Of a stretch of 64,000 bases of DNA, positions 51,150 to 61,773 are shown piece after piece. This stretch comes from an uncultured Gemmatimonadaceae bacterium (lineage in GTDB: Bacteria; Gemmatimonadota; Gemmatimonadetes; Gemmatimonadales; Gemmatimonadaceae). The position numbers and the translations under genes were made by a program. Position 1 is the first letter of the stretch. Each line of letters starts with the position of its first letter. The notes beneath the pieces are model-generated. The model was given only the letters and a program-made list of their open reading frames with translations. It was not told the origin of the DNA and did not search any database. The stretch lies in assembly GCA_963843845.1 (NCBI GenBank), contig CAWJMB010000002.1, positions 1,568,001 through 1,632,000 on the forward strand. The letters are read 5' to 3'.

Positions 51150-52591
51150 GTGTCGAAATTCCAGCCGCGCACCAAAGTCGTCGGTACGTTGGGCCCTGCC
51201 AGCTCGTCGCGTGAGACGATCCGTGCGCTGATCGAGGCCGGGCTCAACGTCGCCCGCATCAACTTCTCGCACGGCACACACGACCAGCACGCGGCGCGCA
51301 TTCGCCTCGTCCGGGAGATCGCCACCGAGCTCGAATTGCCCGGTCGCGATCCTCGGCGACCTGCAGGGGCCGCGCATCCGGATCGGTGACCTCGAGATCC
51401 CGGTGCCGCTCGCGGTCGGGGAGGACGTCGTGCTGTATCCGGAGGGAGAGCCGGCGAGCACGACGACGCGCACCGCCCGACAGCTGCCGATCACGTACGA
51501 GGCGCTCGCCGACGACGTGAAGGAAGGGGACCGCATCCTCGTGGACGACGGCCTCATCGAGATGACCGTCGTCGAGGTGAACGGTCGCCGAGTGCACGCA
51601 CGCGTCGTGCACGGCGGACCGGTGAAGAGCCACAAGGGGATGAACCTCCCGGGCGTGAACGTCTCCGCGCCGTCGATGACCGAGAAGGACTACGCCGACG
51701 CGCAGTTCGCAGTCGAGCAGGACATCGACTACCTCGCGCTGAGCTTCGTGCGGCGCGCGGACGACGTGCAGTCGCTGCGCGCGGTGCTGCCGAAGCACAT
51801 GCTCATCGTCGCGAAGATCGAGAAGGACCAGGCGCTCGACAACATCGACGAGATCCTCCGCGCGTCCGACGGCGTCATGGTCGCGCGCGGCGACCTCGGC
51901 GTCGAGCTGCCGTTCGAGCGCGTGCCGCTCGCGCAGAAGCAGATCATCGACCTCGCGAAGACGCTGGGCCGGCCGGTGATCACGGCGACGCAGATGCTCG
52001 AGTCGATGATCGAGCACCCGCGCCCGACGCGCGCCGAGGCGAGCGACGTGGCGAACGCGATCCTCGACGGCACCGACGCGGTCATGCTCTCGGCGGAGAC
52101 GGCGGCGGGGAAGTACCCGCTGCTCTCGGTGCAGGCCATGCAGCGCATCATCCGCGAGATCGAGGAGCATCCGACGCTGCTCCCGACGCTGCGCGAGGAG
52201 CGGCGCGCGCGCGGCGCGTTCGTCGCGACGGAGAATGCGATCGCCGCGGCGACGGTGGCCGCGGCGCGCCAGCTCAGCACGCCGCTCGTCTGCGTGTTCA
52301 CGAAGAGCGGCTTCGCGGCGCGCGTGGTGGCGTCGCATCGCCCGCCGGTGCCCGATGCTCGCGCTCACCGATAGTCCGAAGACGATGCGCCAACTCGCGC
52401 TCGTCTGGGGCGTCGTTCCCGAGCTCGTGCCGCACCAGCACTCGTACGAGGAGATGATCGGCGTCGCGCTCGACGCGGCGGTGCGCCGCGAACTGGCCGT
52501 CCCCGGCGACCGCGTCGTCGTGACGGCAGGCGTTCCGTTCGACGAGCCGGGAACGACGAACACGATGAAGGTCGAAGTGGTGCCGCGTTAG
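51150..52591 (+). CDS. pyk: pyruvate kinase (frameshifts near 51340 and 52355)
   Basis: RTKVVGTLGPAS, ARINFSHG, DLQGP, AKIE, MVARGDLGVE, ATQMLESM, MLSAETA, GTTNTM. Confidence 0.95.
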
Positions 52592-52614
52592 GCATCACGA
52601 GGCGACGCTCGGCG

Positions 52615-53393
52615 ATGCGGCTCACCTTTCTCGGTACCGGTACGAGCTTCGGCGTGCCGCAGATCGGCTGCGAGTGCGCCGTCTGCCGCTCGCCCGATCC
52701 GCGCGACCGGCGCACGCGCGTCGGCGCGCTCGTCGAGACCGACACCGGCGAGCGCCTCCTCGTCGACACTCCGACCGAGCTGCGCCTGCAGCTCATCGCC
52801 GCGGCCGTGTCGCGGATCGACGCGGTGCTCTACACGCACGACCACGCCGACCACACGCACGGCATCGACGACCTGCGCGCCTTCTCGGCGGCGAGCGGCA
52901 CCCCCCTGCCCGTGTACGGCTCCGCGCAGACGATCGGGGCGCTCGCGCGGAAGTTCCCGTACATCTTCGACGAGTCGCTGAAGGCGCTGCCCGGGCACGT
53001 ACAAGCCCGAGGCGCACGCCCACGCGCTCGCGCCGAACGTCGCCGTCGACGTCGTCGGCGTGCCGGTGACGCCGTTCGTCGTGCCGCACGGACACGCCGA
53101 CGTGTTCGGCTATCGCATCGGCCCCCTCGGGTATGTGACCGACGCGAAGGCGGTGCCGGCGGCGGCGATCGACATCCTGCGCGGCGTGCGCGTCCTCGTC
53201 ATCAACGCGCTCTTCCGGACACCGCATCCGACGCACCTCAGCATTCCCGAGGCGCTCGAGGTCGCGGAGCGCCGTGGGCGCCGAACGGACGTACATCACG
53301 CACCTGACGCACCGCTACTCGCACGCCGACCTCGAAGCCGACCTGCCACCCGACGTGCGCCCGGCCTACGACGGCCTGACCATCGACGTCTGA
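52615..53393 (+). CDS. MBL-fold metallo-hydrolase (PhnP-like; frameshifted)
   Basis: LGTGTSFGVPQIGCECAVC, THDHADHTHG, YVTD, AYDG. Confidence 0.88.
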
Positions 53394-53399
53394 TCTCGC

Positions 53400-54783
53400 A
53401 TGAGTCTTTCGATCGACTACACGAACATGTTCCTCCCGAGCGCCGTCACCGACGCCGACTGGGCGGACGCCGCGGACCGCTTCCGGGACGCGCACGCGGG
53501 CGTGCGGGCGCGCTACGACCGCGGCGAGCTCGGATTCATCGACCTGCCCGACGACACGGCGCTCGCCGGCCGCACGCTCGACTACGCGGCGGCGGCCGGC
53601 GATCGGTGGGAGGACGTCGTCATCCTCGGCATCGGCGGCTCGGCGTTGGGCCCGATCGCGCTGCGCACGGCGCTCCGGCCGCACGCGTGGAACACGCTGA
53701 CGCCGAGCCGAGCGCGGCGGGAGGCCCCGTCTCACGGTGCTCGACAACGTCGATCCGGAGACGATCGGCGCGGTGCTGGCGCGGCTCGATCTGCGAGCGC
53801 GCGCTGTTCGTCGTCATCTCGAAGTCGGGCGGCACGGCGGAGACGATGGCGCAGTACCTCATCGTCCGCGGACGTCTTGAACGCACACGTCGGCGACCGC
53901 GCGGCGCGAGCACCTCGTGTTCGTCACCGATCCGGCGAAGGGCTCGCTCCGACCGATCGCATCGCGGGAAGGGATCGCGGCCCTCGACATCCCGCCGAAC
54001 GTCGGCGGACGCTTCAGTGTGCTGACCGCGGTGGGTGTGCTTCCTGCGGCGCTGACGGGGATGGATGCGCCCGCGCTGCTCGCCGGGGCGTCCGACATGC
54101 GCAGGCGCTGCGCGACCGACCGAGCTCGCGACGAATCCCGCCGGGACGTTCGCGCTGCTGCAGTGGCTCGCGCACGAGCGACACGGCAAGGGCATCCACG
54201 TCATGATGCCCTACGCCGACCCGCTGCGAGACTTCGCCGCCTGGTTCGTGCAGCTGTGGGCGGAATCGCTGGGCAAGGCGCGGCCGGACGGCACACACGT
54301 CGGTCCCACACCGCTCGCCGCGCTCGGCGCGACCGACCAGCACTCGCAGGTGCAGCTGTTCATGGAGGGCCCGGCGGACAAGACGATCACGTTCATCGAG
54401 GTCGTCGGCCGCACTGCGCTCGGACCGATCCCGCACCTGTACGCCGGACGTCCCCGACCTCGCGTACCTCGGCGGTCATGCGTTCGGCGAGCTGCTCGAC
54501 GCCGAGCGGCGCGCGACGGCGGGAGCGCTCGCGCGGCGCGGACGGCCGAACATGACGATCTCGCTCGACGCGGCGGACGCGTGGCACGTGGGGTCGCTCA
54601 TCTTCCTCTCGAGCTGGCGACCGCGTACGCCGGAGAGCTGTACGGTGTGAACGCCTTCGACCAGCCGGGCGTGGAGCTCGGCAAGCAGTTCACGTACGCG
54701 ATCATGGGCCGCCCCGGGAGCGATGCCGCGCGCGCCGAGTGGGACGCGCTGCCGAAGCCTGACCCGCAGCGCGGCGAGTGTAG
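53400..54783 (+). CDS. pgi: glucose-6-phosphate isomerase (frameshifted)
   Basis: [51 protein letters not shown]. Confidence 0.94.
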
Positions 54784-54840
54784 CGGGATTTCTCGTTCCC
54801 GGTTCGACCGTCATTCGCACGACACGCCTCGAGGGCACAG

Positions 54841-56273
54841 ATGGCACAGCACGACGCGTCAGCGGCAGCGAGAGTACGTCGGCGGGTCCGTCACGGTCGA
54901 GAACGGGCGCGTCACCGTCGGCGACGCGCGGGCGCTTGCAGAGCGAAGCGTTCGACGCGCTCGTGCGCACAGGCCGTGTTCGGGACCGATGAGGAGAAGG
55001 AGCTCGCCCGCTGGATCGTCTGGGAGGTCGGGCAGGCGGTGGGCGTGCGGCCGGCGTCGATCCACGAGCTGTACATGGCGCGCGGGTCGCGGCGAAGTGA
55101 GCGGCTTCACCGTGCCGGCGATCAACGTGCGCGGCGCGTCGTACGACACGGCCCGCGCGATCTTCCGCACCGCCATCGCGCTCGACGCCGGCGCCTTCAT
55201 CCTCGAGATCGCGCGTTCGGAGATCGCGTACACCGAGCAGCGCCCCGCCGAGTACGTGACCGTGATGCTGGGCGCCGCGCTCCGCGAGGGATTCCGGGGG
55301 CCGGTGTTCATCCAGGGCGACCACTTCCAGGTGAGCGCGAAGAAGTTCGCGGTCGACCCGGTGACGGAAGTCAACGCCGTGAAACAGCTCGCGCTCGAGG
55401 CGGTTCACGCGGGCTTCTACAACATCGATATCGATACGTCGACGCTCGTCGACCTGTCGTACGGATCGCTCGACGAGCAGCAGCGCCGCAACTACGAGAC
55501 GGCCGCCGAGCTCACGAAGTACGTGCGCGAGATCGAGCCGGAGGGCGTGACGATCTCGGTCGGCGGCGAGATCGGCGAGGTCGGCACCGAGAACTCGACG
55601 CCGGAAGAGCTGCGGGCGTTCATGACCGGCTTCAACCAGGTGCTCGCCGAGATGGCGCCGGGCGTCGCCGGACTCTCGAAGATCAGCGTGCAGAGCGGCA
55701 CGTCGCACGGCGGGATCGTGCTCGCCGACGGATCGATCGCCGACGTCGCCCTCGACCTCGAGACGCTGCGGCTGTTGGGCGAGATCGCGCGGAACGAGTA
55801 CGGCATGTCCGGCGCGGTGCAGCACGGCGCGTCGACACTCCCCGACTCGGCGTTCAACGCGTTCCCGACGACGCGAGACCGCGGAGATCCACCTCGCGAC
55901 GAACTTCCAGAACATGCTGTACGATCATCTGCCGGCGGCGCTGCGGCAGGAGATCTACGCGTGGCTGGACACGAACGCCGCAGGAGGAGCGCAAGGCGAC
56001 GGACACGACGAGCAGTTCTACTACAAGACGCGCAAGAAGGCGCTCGGGCCCGTTCAAGCGAGCGCTTCTGGGACCTCGACGCCGCGGCGAAGGCGCGGAT
56101 CGCCGCGTCCTACGACGCGAAGTTCACGTTCCTGTTCACCCAGCTCGCGATCGGCGGGACGCGCGGACGCCGTGTCGCGGTTCGTCACGATGCCCGAGCA
56201 GCATCGCCCGATGCCGACGAGCGGCCGCGCCGCGATCGACGCCGCGCCGGACGATGCCGACCTGAGCGACTGA
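54841..56273 (+). CDS. class II fructose-bisphosphate aldolase family (frameshifted)
   Basis: [39 protein letters not shown]. Confidence 0.88.
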
Positions 56274-56279
56274 CGACGG

Positions 56280-56960
56280 TTGTCTCAGCGGACCGTTCCA
56301 CACCCGGAGCCCGGCGACAAGACGCTCGCCGGGCTCTGGTCGTTCACCTACGCGGAACTGCTCGCGCGAGGCGCACACGACGTCAACAACGCGCTGAACG
56401 GAGCGATGATGAACGTGACGGTGGTGCAGGCGCGCGCACGCCCGGGCGCTGACGCCGGCGCGATCACCTCGTTCGCCGCGGCGGCGGGCGCACAGCTCGA
56501 GGACGTGGCCGCGCTCGTCGAGGCGATGCTGGCGCTCGGCCGGCCGCACCGCGGGAGCCTCGACGCCGCGACGATCGCGTGCCACACCGCGACGCTGCTG
56601 CGGCCGTCGACGGTGCATCGCGGGATCCGACTCACCGTCGACGGTGATCGGAGCGCGCCGGTGACCGCCGACCCCACCGCCGTCCGGCTCGCGATCGTCG
56701 CGGCGCTCCTCGCCGTCACGACGGCCGAGTTCGCTGGAACGGAAGGTGCGGACGCCCCCGGGGCTCCGACGTCGGCCGTTCGGTGTACGATTCTCCCCGA
56801 CGACGCGTCGGCCGCGCACATTCTCTCTATCACGCCGCGCCGCGGCGCCGAGCTGTCGCTCGCCATCCGACGCGCGCTCTCGGCGGGCGGCGTCGCCGTC
56901 ACGCATGACGATGAGGCGCTCCGGCTCGTCTTCCCGACGACCTGCGCCGCTTCCCTCTAG
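56280..56960 (+). CDS. degenerate histidine-kinase-like protein
   Basis: H-box-like [11 protein letters not shown] and [11 protein letters not shown]; no G boxes. Confidence 0.55.
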   Translation: MSQRTVPHPEPGDKTLAGLWSFTYAELLARGAHDVNNALNGAMMNVTVVQARARPGADAGAITSFAAAAGAQLEDVAALVEAMLALGRPHRGSLDAATIACHTATLLRPSTVHRGIRLTVDGDRSAPVTADPTAVRLAIVAALLAVTTAEFAGTEGADAPGAPTSAVRCTILPDDASAAHILSITPRRGAELSLAIRRALSAGGVAVTHDDEALRLVFPTTCAASL

Positions 56961-56982
56961 ACCGACCGATTCCGGCACCTCG

Positions 56983-58560
56983 ATGGCACCGAAGCACCCC
57001 AAGATCCTCATCGCCGACGACGACTCGAAGGCGCGCATCCCGCTCACCGCGATCCTCGAGTCCGAGGGCTACACGGTCGAGGCGGTCGACGATGGGCAGA
57101 AGGCGCTCGATCTGCTCGCCGACGGCTCGTTCGGCCTCGTGCTCGCCGACCTCAAGATGCCGAAGGTGAACGGGATCGAGCTGCTCCAGGCGATGCGCGA
57201 GCGCGGGATCGGCACCGAGTTCGTGATGATCACCGGCGAGGGTGGGACCGACGTCGCGATCCAGGCGATGCGCGATGGCGCCGCCGACTACATCGAGAAG
57301 CCGCTGAACGCCGAGCGGCTCAGCAAGCTCAAGGCGCAGATCCCGCGGCTGCTGGAAGGCTTCGCGCTGCAGGCGAAGAACCGCGAGCTCGAGACGAAGC
57401 TCGAAGGGCTCACGCATTACGGCGCGCTGATCGGCCAGAGTGAGGGGATGCGCGCCGTCTACGACATGATCGACCGCGTCGCGCCCTCCCTCGCGAGCGT
57501 GCTCATCCTCGGCGAGAGCGGAACGGGCAAGGAGCTCGTCGCCGACGCGATCCACAAGAAGAGCGATCGCGCCAAGGGCCCGTTCTACGCGCTCAACTGC
57601 GCCGCGCTGCCGAAGGAGATCCTCGAGAACCTCCTGTTCGGCCACGAGAAGGGCGCGTTCACGGGCTCGACGAACGAGAAGGCCGGCGCGTTCGAGGAGG
57701 CGTCTGGCGGCACGATCTTCCTCGACGAAGTCGCGGAGATGGCGCCCGACATCCAGGTCAAGCTGCTGCGGTCGCTCGAGACGCGAACCGTGCGGCGACT
57801 CGGCGGGAAGCGCGAGATTCCGGTCGACATCCGCATCGTCGCTGCGACGAACAAGGATCTGCAGAAGGCGATCAGCGAGAACGAGCTGCGCGAGGATCTC
57901 TACTACCGACTCGCCGTCGTCGAGGTCGACCTGCCGCCGCTGCGCGACCGCGGCAGCGACGTGCAACTCATCGCGCGCGAGTTCCTCGCGCGATTCGCGC
58001 GCGACAACGGCAAGAAGGTCGACGGCTTCGACGACGCGGCGATGCAGTGGATCAATGCCTACTACGTGGCCGGGCAACGTTCGCGAGCTGCGCAACGCGG
58101 TCGAGAAGGCTGTCATCCTCGCGCGCGGCGCCAAGGTCACGCTCGACGACATCACGTCGCGCCGCCACCGGGCGTTCATCGCCGAGGCGAGCGGCCCGAT
58201 CACGGTGCCCGTCGGGTCGACGCTCGCGGAAGCGCGGAAGCACCTCGTGCTGCGCAACTTCGCGGCGAGCGGCGGCGACCTGGCCCAGACGGCGAAGACG
58301 AGCGGTATGACCGTCGCCGACGTGCGCGCGGAGCTGCTCGCGATGATCGAGCGACGCACCGGCGACTGCGACCGACTCGACCGAGGCGATCGACACTGCC
58401 GGACGCGACGGCGGCCGACGGTGCCGCCCCGCCTGCGAGCCGAGACGCGTCGCCGAGCGATCAGCCGCCACCCGTCGTGCTGCCGCCGAACGTCGCGTCG
58501 CCGGTCGGCAAGCCCTCGAAATCGCCGGCGACGGCACGAAGGGACGAAAGTCGGGCTGAA
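56983..58560 (+). CDS. sigma54-dependent response regulator (NtrC family); frameshifted, 3' end approximate
   Basis: REC (ILIADDD, DLKMP), GESGTGKE, NCAAL, FGHEKGAFTGS, FLDEV, REDLYYRL, WPGNVREL. Confidence 0.92.
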
Positions 58561-58664
58561 AGTCGACGGGCTGAGGGCTGCCGCGCACGACACATGCTTG
58601 GCATCTTCGCGCGCGAGGTCATACGCGGCAGTTCGTGAGACGCGGTCCCTCTGGAGAGCCTGGC

Positions 58665-59190
58665 ATGCGCGACGACGAGTTCGACGACGAGCCGTACCTG
58701 ATCATCGAGAAGAACAACGGGAGCGTCGGCTCCTTCCTGGTCGGCGTGGCGATCGGCGCCGGGGTGGCGCTGCTGCTCGCGCCGCAAGACCGGCGAGGAG
58801 ACGCGCGCCGACATCGCGCGGCAGGCGCGGCAGGCGCGCGACCGCGCACGCGATTTCGCTGACGACGTCGGCGACACCGTGACCACCCGCATCAGCAGCG
58901 CGCGCGACGCCGTGAGCGATCGCGTCGACCGCGCGCGTCAGGCCGTCGACCTCAAGCGCCGGCAGGTCGAGCGCGCGGTCGAGGCGGGTCGCGCCGCGGC
59001 GCACCAGGCGCGCGAGGATCTGGAGCGGCGGATCGCACAGACCAAGGCGGCCTACCAGGCCGGCACGAGCGCGGCGCTCGACACGCTCGACGCCGGAGCG
59101 GCCGGAGCGGCGCTCACCGACCCGTTCGCGGACCACGCCTCGGGTGATGAAGGGAGTGTGGGCGGCTCGGGAGTGGTCGGCGCGGTCTGA
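58665..59190 (+). CDS. YtxH-domain protein (frameshift near 58790)
   Basis: FLVGVAIGAGVALLLAP followed by a coiled coil. Confidence 0.8.
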
Positions 59191-59273
59191 CGCGCCCGCC
59201 GTCGCCACGCTGACTCCTCCACTGGTTCCCGAGCGCCGCCGCGTCCGTCCGGCGCTCGGCCGCGCGGGGTGGA

Positions 59274-60145
59274 TGCTTCGCGACTACGCGAAGCGCGTGT
59301 ACGACAACTCCGGCGAGGACAACATCTTCTTCCTCGCCGGCGGGCTGGCGTTCAACATCCTGCTCGCGGTCGTGCCGTTCGCGCTGTTGCTGCTGACGGG
59401 ACTCGCGTCGCTCCTCCACCAGTCCGCCGAGGCCTCGACGCAGACGATCTCGGCGCTCGTCGATCGACTGCTGCCGGGGAATCTCGCCGGCCAGAACGAT
59501 CTGCTGTCGGGAATCATCGCCGACGCCGTTCGCACCCGCGGCAAGATCGGGGTCATCAGCGCGATCACGTTCGTCTGGTTCTCGACACGGCTGTTCGGGT
59601 CGCTGCGCTCGGTGCTCGCGGACGTCTTCGACATCGAGCAGGAGCGGGGCATCCTCGCTGGCAAGCTGTTCGACATCCAGATCACGATCGTGTCCACGAT
59701 CCTGCTCGTGATCTACACGGCGCTGAACGCCTACCTCGCGATCGCGACCTCGCGCGGCGTGCAGGTGCTCCAGCGACTCGGCGTGCGCGCCGACGTCATG
59801 GGTGGGCTCGAATACTGGTCGGGGCGCGCGCTCGCGTTCGCGTTCATCGCCGCGATGTTCTACGGGCTGTACAAGTACCTGCCGATCCGCAGAGTGCGAT
59901 GGCAGACGGCGCTGCTCGCCGCGATGTTCACCGGCGCGATGCTCGAGCTCGCGAAGGCGGCGTTCGCCTACTACATCGCGCGCTTCGATCCGGGATCGCT
60001 GTACACGGGGACGCTCGCCGCGTTCGTGATCCTCGTCGTCTGGGTGTACTACGCCGCGCTCATCTTCATCCTCGGCGGCGAGGTCGCGCAGGTGTACGAG
60101 CTGCGGCGTGTGCGGCGGCGCCAGCGCGTTCTCCTCGAAGACTGA
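59274..60145 (+). CDS. YihY/BrkB family membrane protein
   Basis: LAGGLAFNILLAVVPF, YTGTLA, WVYYAALIFILGGEV; start uncertain. Confidence 0.88.
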
Positions 60146-60158
60146 GCGCGACGTGCGA

Positions 60159-60173
60159 TGGCGTGAAGGTTGC
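60159..60173 (+). promoter_or_regulatory. putative sigma54 (-24/-12) promoter
   Basis: TGGCGTGAAGGTTGC: GG-N10-GC, matching TGGCAC-N5-TTGC; AGGAGG RBS at 60196-60201 follows. Confidence 0.6.
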
Positions 60174-60206
60174 CAATGCTAGCAGCACACCCTCTAGGAG
60201 GCATCT

Positions 60207-60434
60207 GTGCGCAAGACCATTCTCGCCATCGCCTGTGTCGCCGCGCTCGGCGCGTGTAAGAAGACGGGAGCCGGGGAGTACGAAGTCGAGAAGCCGGTCG
60301 TCGGCACGCAGACGGACACGATCCACACCCCGACCGTCGACGTCGGGACCAAGGTCGACACGATCAGCACACCGACGGTCGAGATGAAGAAGACCGAGGT
60401 GAAGGTGCCGACGGTCGACGTGAAGCGCCCCTGA
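60207..60434 (+). CDS. small lipoprotein with repeated PTV(D/E) units
   Basis: Strong RBS, lipobox LGAC, TPTVDV/TPTVEM/VPTVDV repeats. Confidence 0.8.
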   Translation: MRKTILAIACVAALGACKKTGAGEYEVEKPVVGTQTDTIHTPTVDVGTKVDTISTPTVEMKKTEVKVPTVDVKRP

Positions 60435-60467
60435 GCCTCCGCGTGCGGCGCCGCTACGTTGCGCCGC

Positions 60468-61550
60468 ATGACGAACGTTCAATCCGCTGCGATCGATCTC
60501 CGCAGCGACACTGTCACGAAGCCGACTTCGGCGATGCGCCATGCCATGGCGAACGCCGAGGTCGGCGACGACGTGCTCGACGGCGACCCGACCGTCAGGC
60601 GGCTCGAGGCGCGCGTGTGCGAGCTGTTGGGCACGCAGCGCGCGCTGTTCTTCCCGACGGGCACTATGGCGAACCAGGCCGCGCTGTGGCTCCTCGCGCG
60701 GCGCGGCACGGACTTCTTCGTCGACCCGACGAGCCACATCGTCGAGACCGAGCACGCGGCCGCGGCCGCGCTCGTCGGTATCCAGGTGCGCGCGGTCGTG
60801 CCGAGACCAGGCACACGCCGGTTCGACGCGGAGGCGCTCGCCGAGGCCGCGGCCGTACACGCGCACCGCGCGAGCCTCGTCTGCGTCGAGAACACGCACA
60901 ACGGTGCCGGCGGCTCGGCGCTCTCGGCCGCCGAGTTCGATGCGATCGCGGCGGTCGCGCGTACGCACCGACTCCCCGTGCACCTCGACGGCGCGCGCTT
61001 GTGGAATGCGGCCGCCGCCACCGGCGATAGCGAAGCGCGCCTCGCGACGGGCGCCGATACGGTGATGGTGTCGTTCTCGAAGGGGCTCGGCGCGCCGGTC
61101 GGCGCGGCGCTGACCGGATCCTCTGCCGCCATGGAGGACGCCACCGTCGTGCGACGACGGCTCGGTGGCGCGATGCGGCAGTCGGGCGTGCTCGCGGCGG
61201 CGGCGTTGCACGCGATCGAGCACCACCGGGAACGGCTCGTCGAGGACCACGCGAACGCGCGACTCCTCGGCGGCCTCGTCGACGGTGCCGGCGGGGCCCG
61301 CGTCGTGCCACCCGATACGAACATCGTCATGATCGACCTGCCACGGCCGGACGCCGGCGCCGTCGCGGCGCGGCTGGCGGCGGTCGGCGTTCGGGTCGCG
61401 GTGTGGACGCCGACCCGGCTGCGCGCCGTGACCCATCTCGACGTCGGAACGACCGACGTGCGGTCGGCGGCGGCGCAGATCGCCCGCGTGCTCGAAGCCG
61501 CGGGCTCGGGCCGCGCAGAGCACGTTGATTCGCCGGGCCGATCGCGGTAA
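60468..61550 (+). CDS. ltaE: low-specificity L-threonine aldolase
   Basis: IDLRSDTVTKP, VGDDV, GTMANQ, ENTHN, HLDGARLWNA, SKGLGAPVG, GGAMRQSG. Confidence 0.93.
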   Translation: MTNVQSAAIDLRSDTVTKPTSAMRHAMANAEVGDDVLDGDPTVRRLEARVCELLGTQRALFFPTGTMANQAALWLLARRGTDFFVDPTSHIVETEHAAAAALVGIQVRAVVPRPGTRRFDAEALAEAAAVHAHRASLVCVENTHNGAGGSALSAAEFDAIAAVARTHRLPVHLDGARLWNAAAATGDSEARLATGADTVMVSFSKGLGAPVGAALTGSSAAMEDATVVRRRLGGAMRQSGVLAAAALHAIEHHRERLVEDHANARLLGGLVDGAGGARVVPPDTNIVMIDLPRPDAGAVAARLAAVGVRVAVWTPTRLRAVTHLDVGTTDVRSAAAQIARVLEAAGSGRAEHVDSPGRSR

Positions 61551-61553
61551 CTT
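61525..61553 (+). promoter_or_regulatory. sigma70 promoter of SRP RNA
   Basis: TTGATT (61525-30), 17-bp spacer, TAACTT (61548-53), just upstream of the RNA 5' stem. Confidence 0.65.
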
Positions 61554-61558
61554 CACTG

Positions 61559-61658
61559 TGCTCCAGGTCCCGGAGGGCGTGAGCCCGCTAATCCGGTCAG
61601 GACCCCGCAGGTAGCAGCCGCGTGTGGTGTCTCACGTAGCTCCGTCAGACCTGGAGTA
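61559..61658 (+). ncRNA. ffs: signal recognition particle RNA (small bacterial 4.5S type)
   Basis: Terminal stem TGCTCCAGGTC / GACCTGGAGTA; helix-8 signature GGTCAGG-ACC..GGT-AGCAGCC; usual position upstream of dnaX. Confidence 0.9.
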
Positions 61659-61659
61659 T

Positions 61660-61700
61660 CCGGCCGGCCGCCGACCCGCGAGGGTGGCGCCGGCCGGTTC
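61660..61700 (+). terminator. GC hairpin downstream of ffs
   Basis: CCGGCCGG..ACCC-GCGA-GGGT..CCGGCCGG followed by TT. Confidence 0.45.
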
Positions 61701-61773
61701 GCGTCTCCGGTATATTGGGACGACGCGCGTCGAGCGGTGCTCCGCGCCCCACCTCGCATCTCGTCACGGTTTC

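Noticed and set aside
58598..58615. Sigma54 promoter upstream of ytxH (TTGGCAT...)
   Set aside because: No GC at the required GG-N10-GC spacing.
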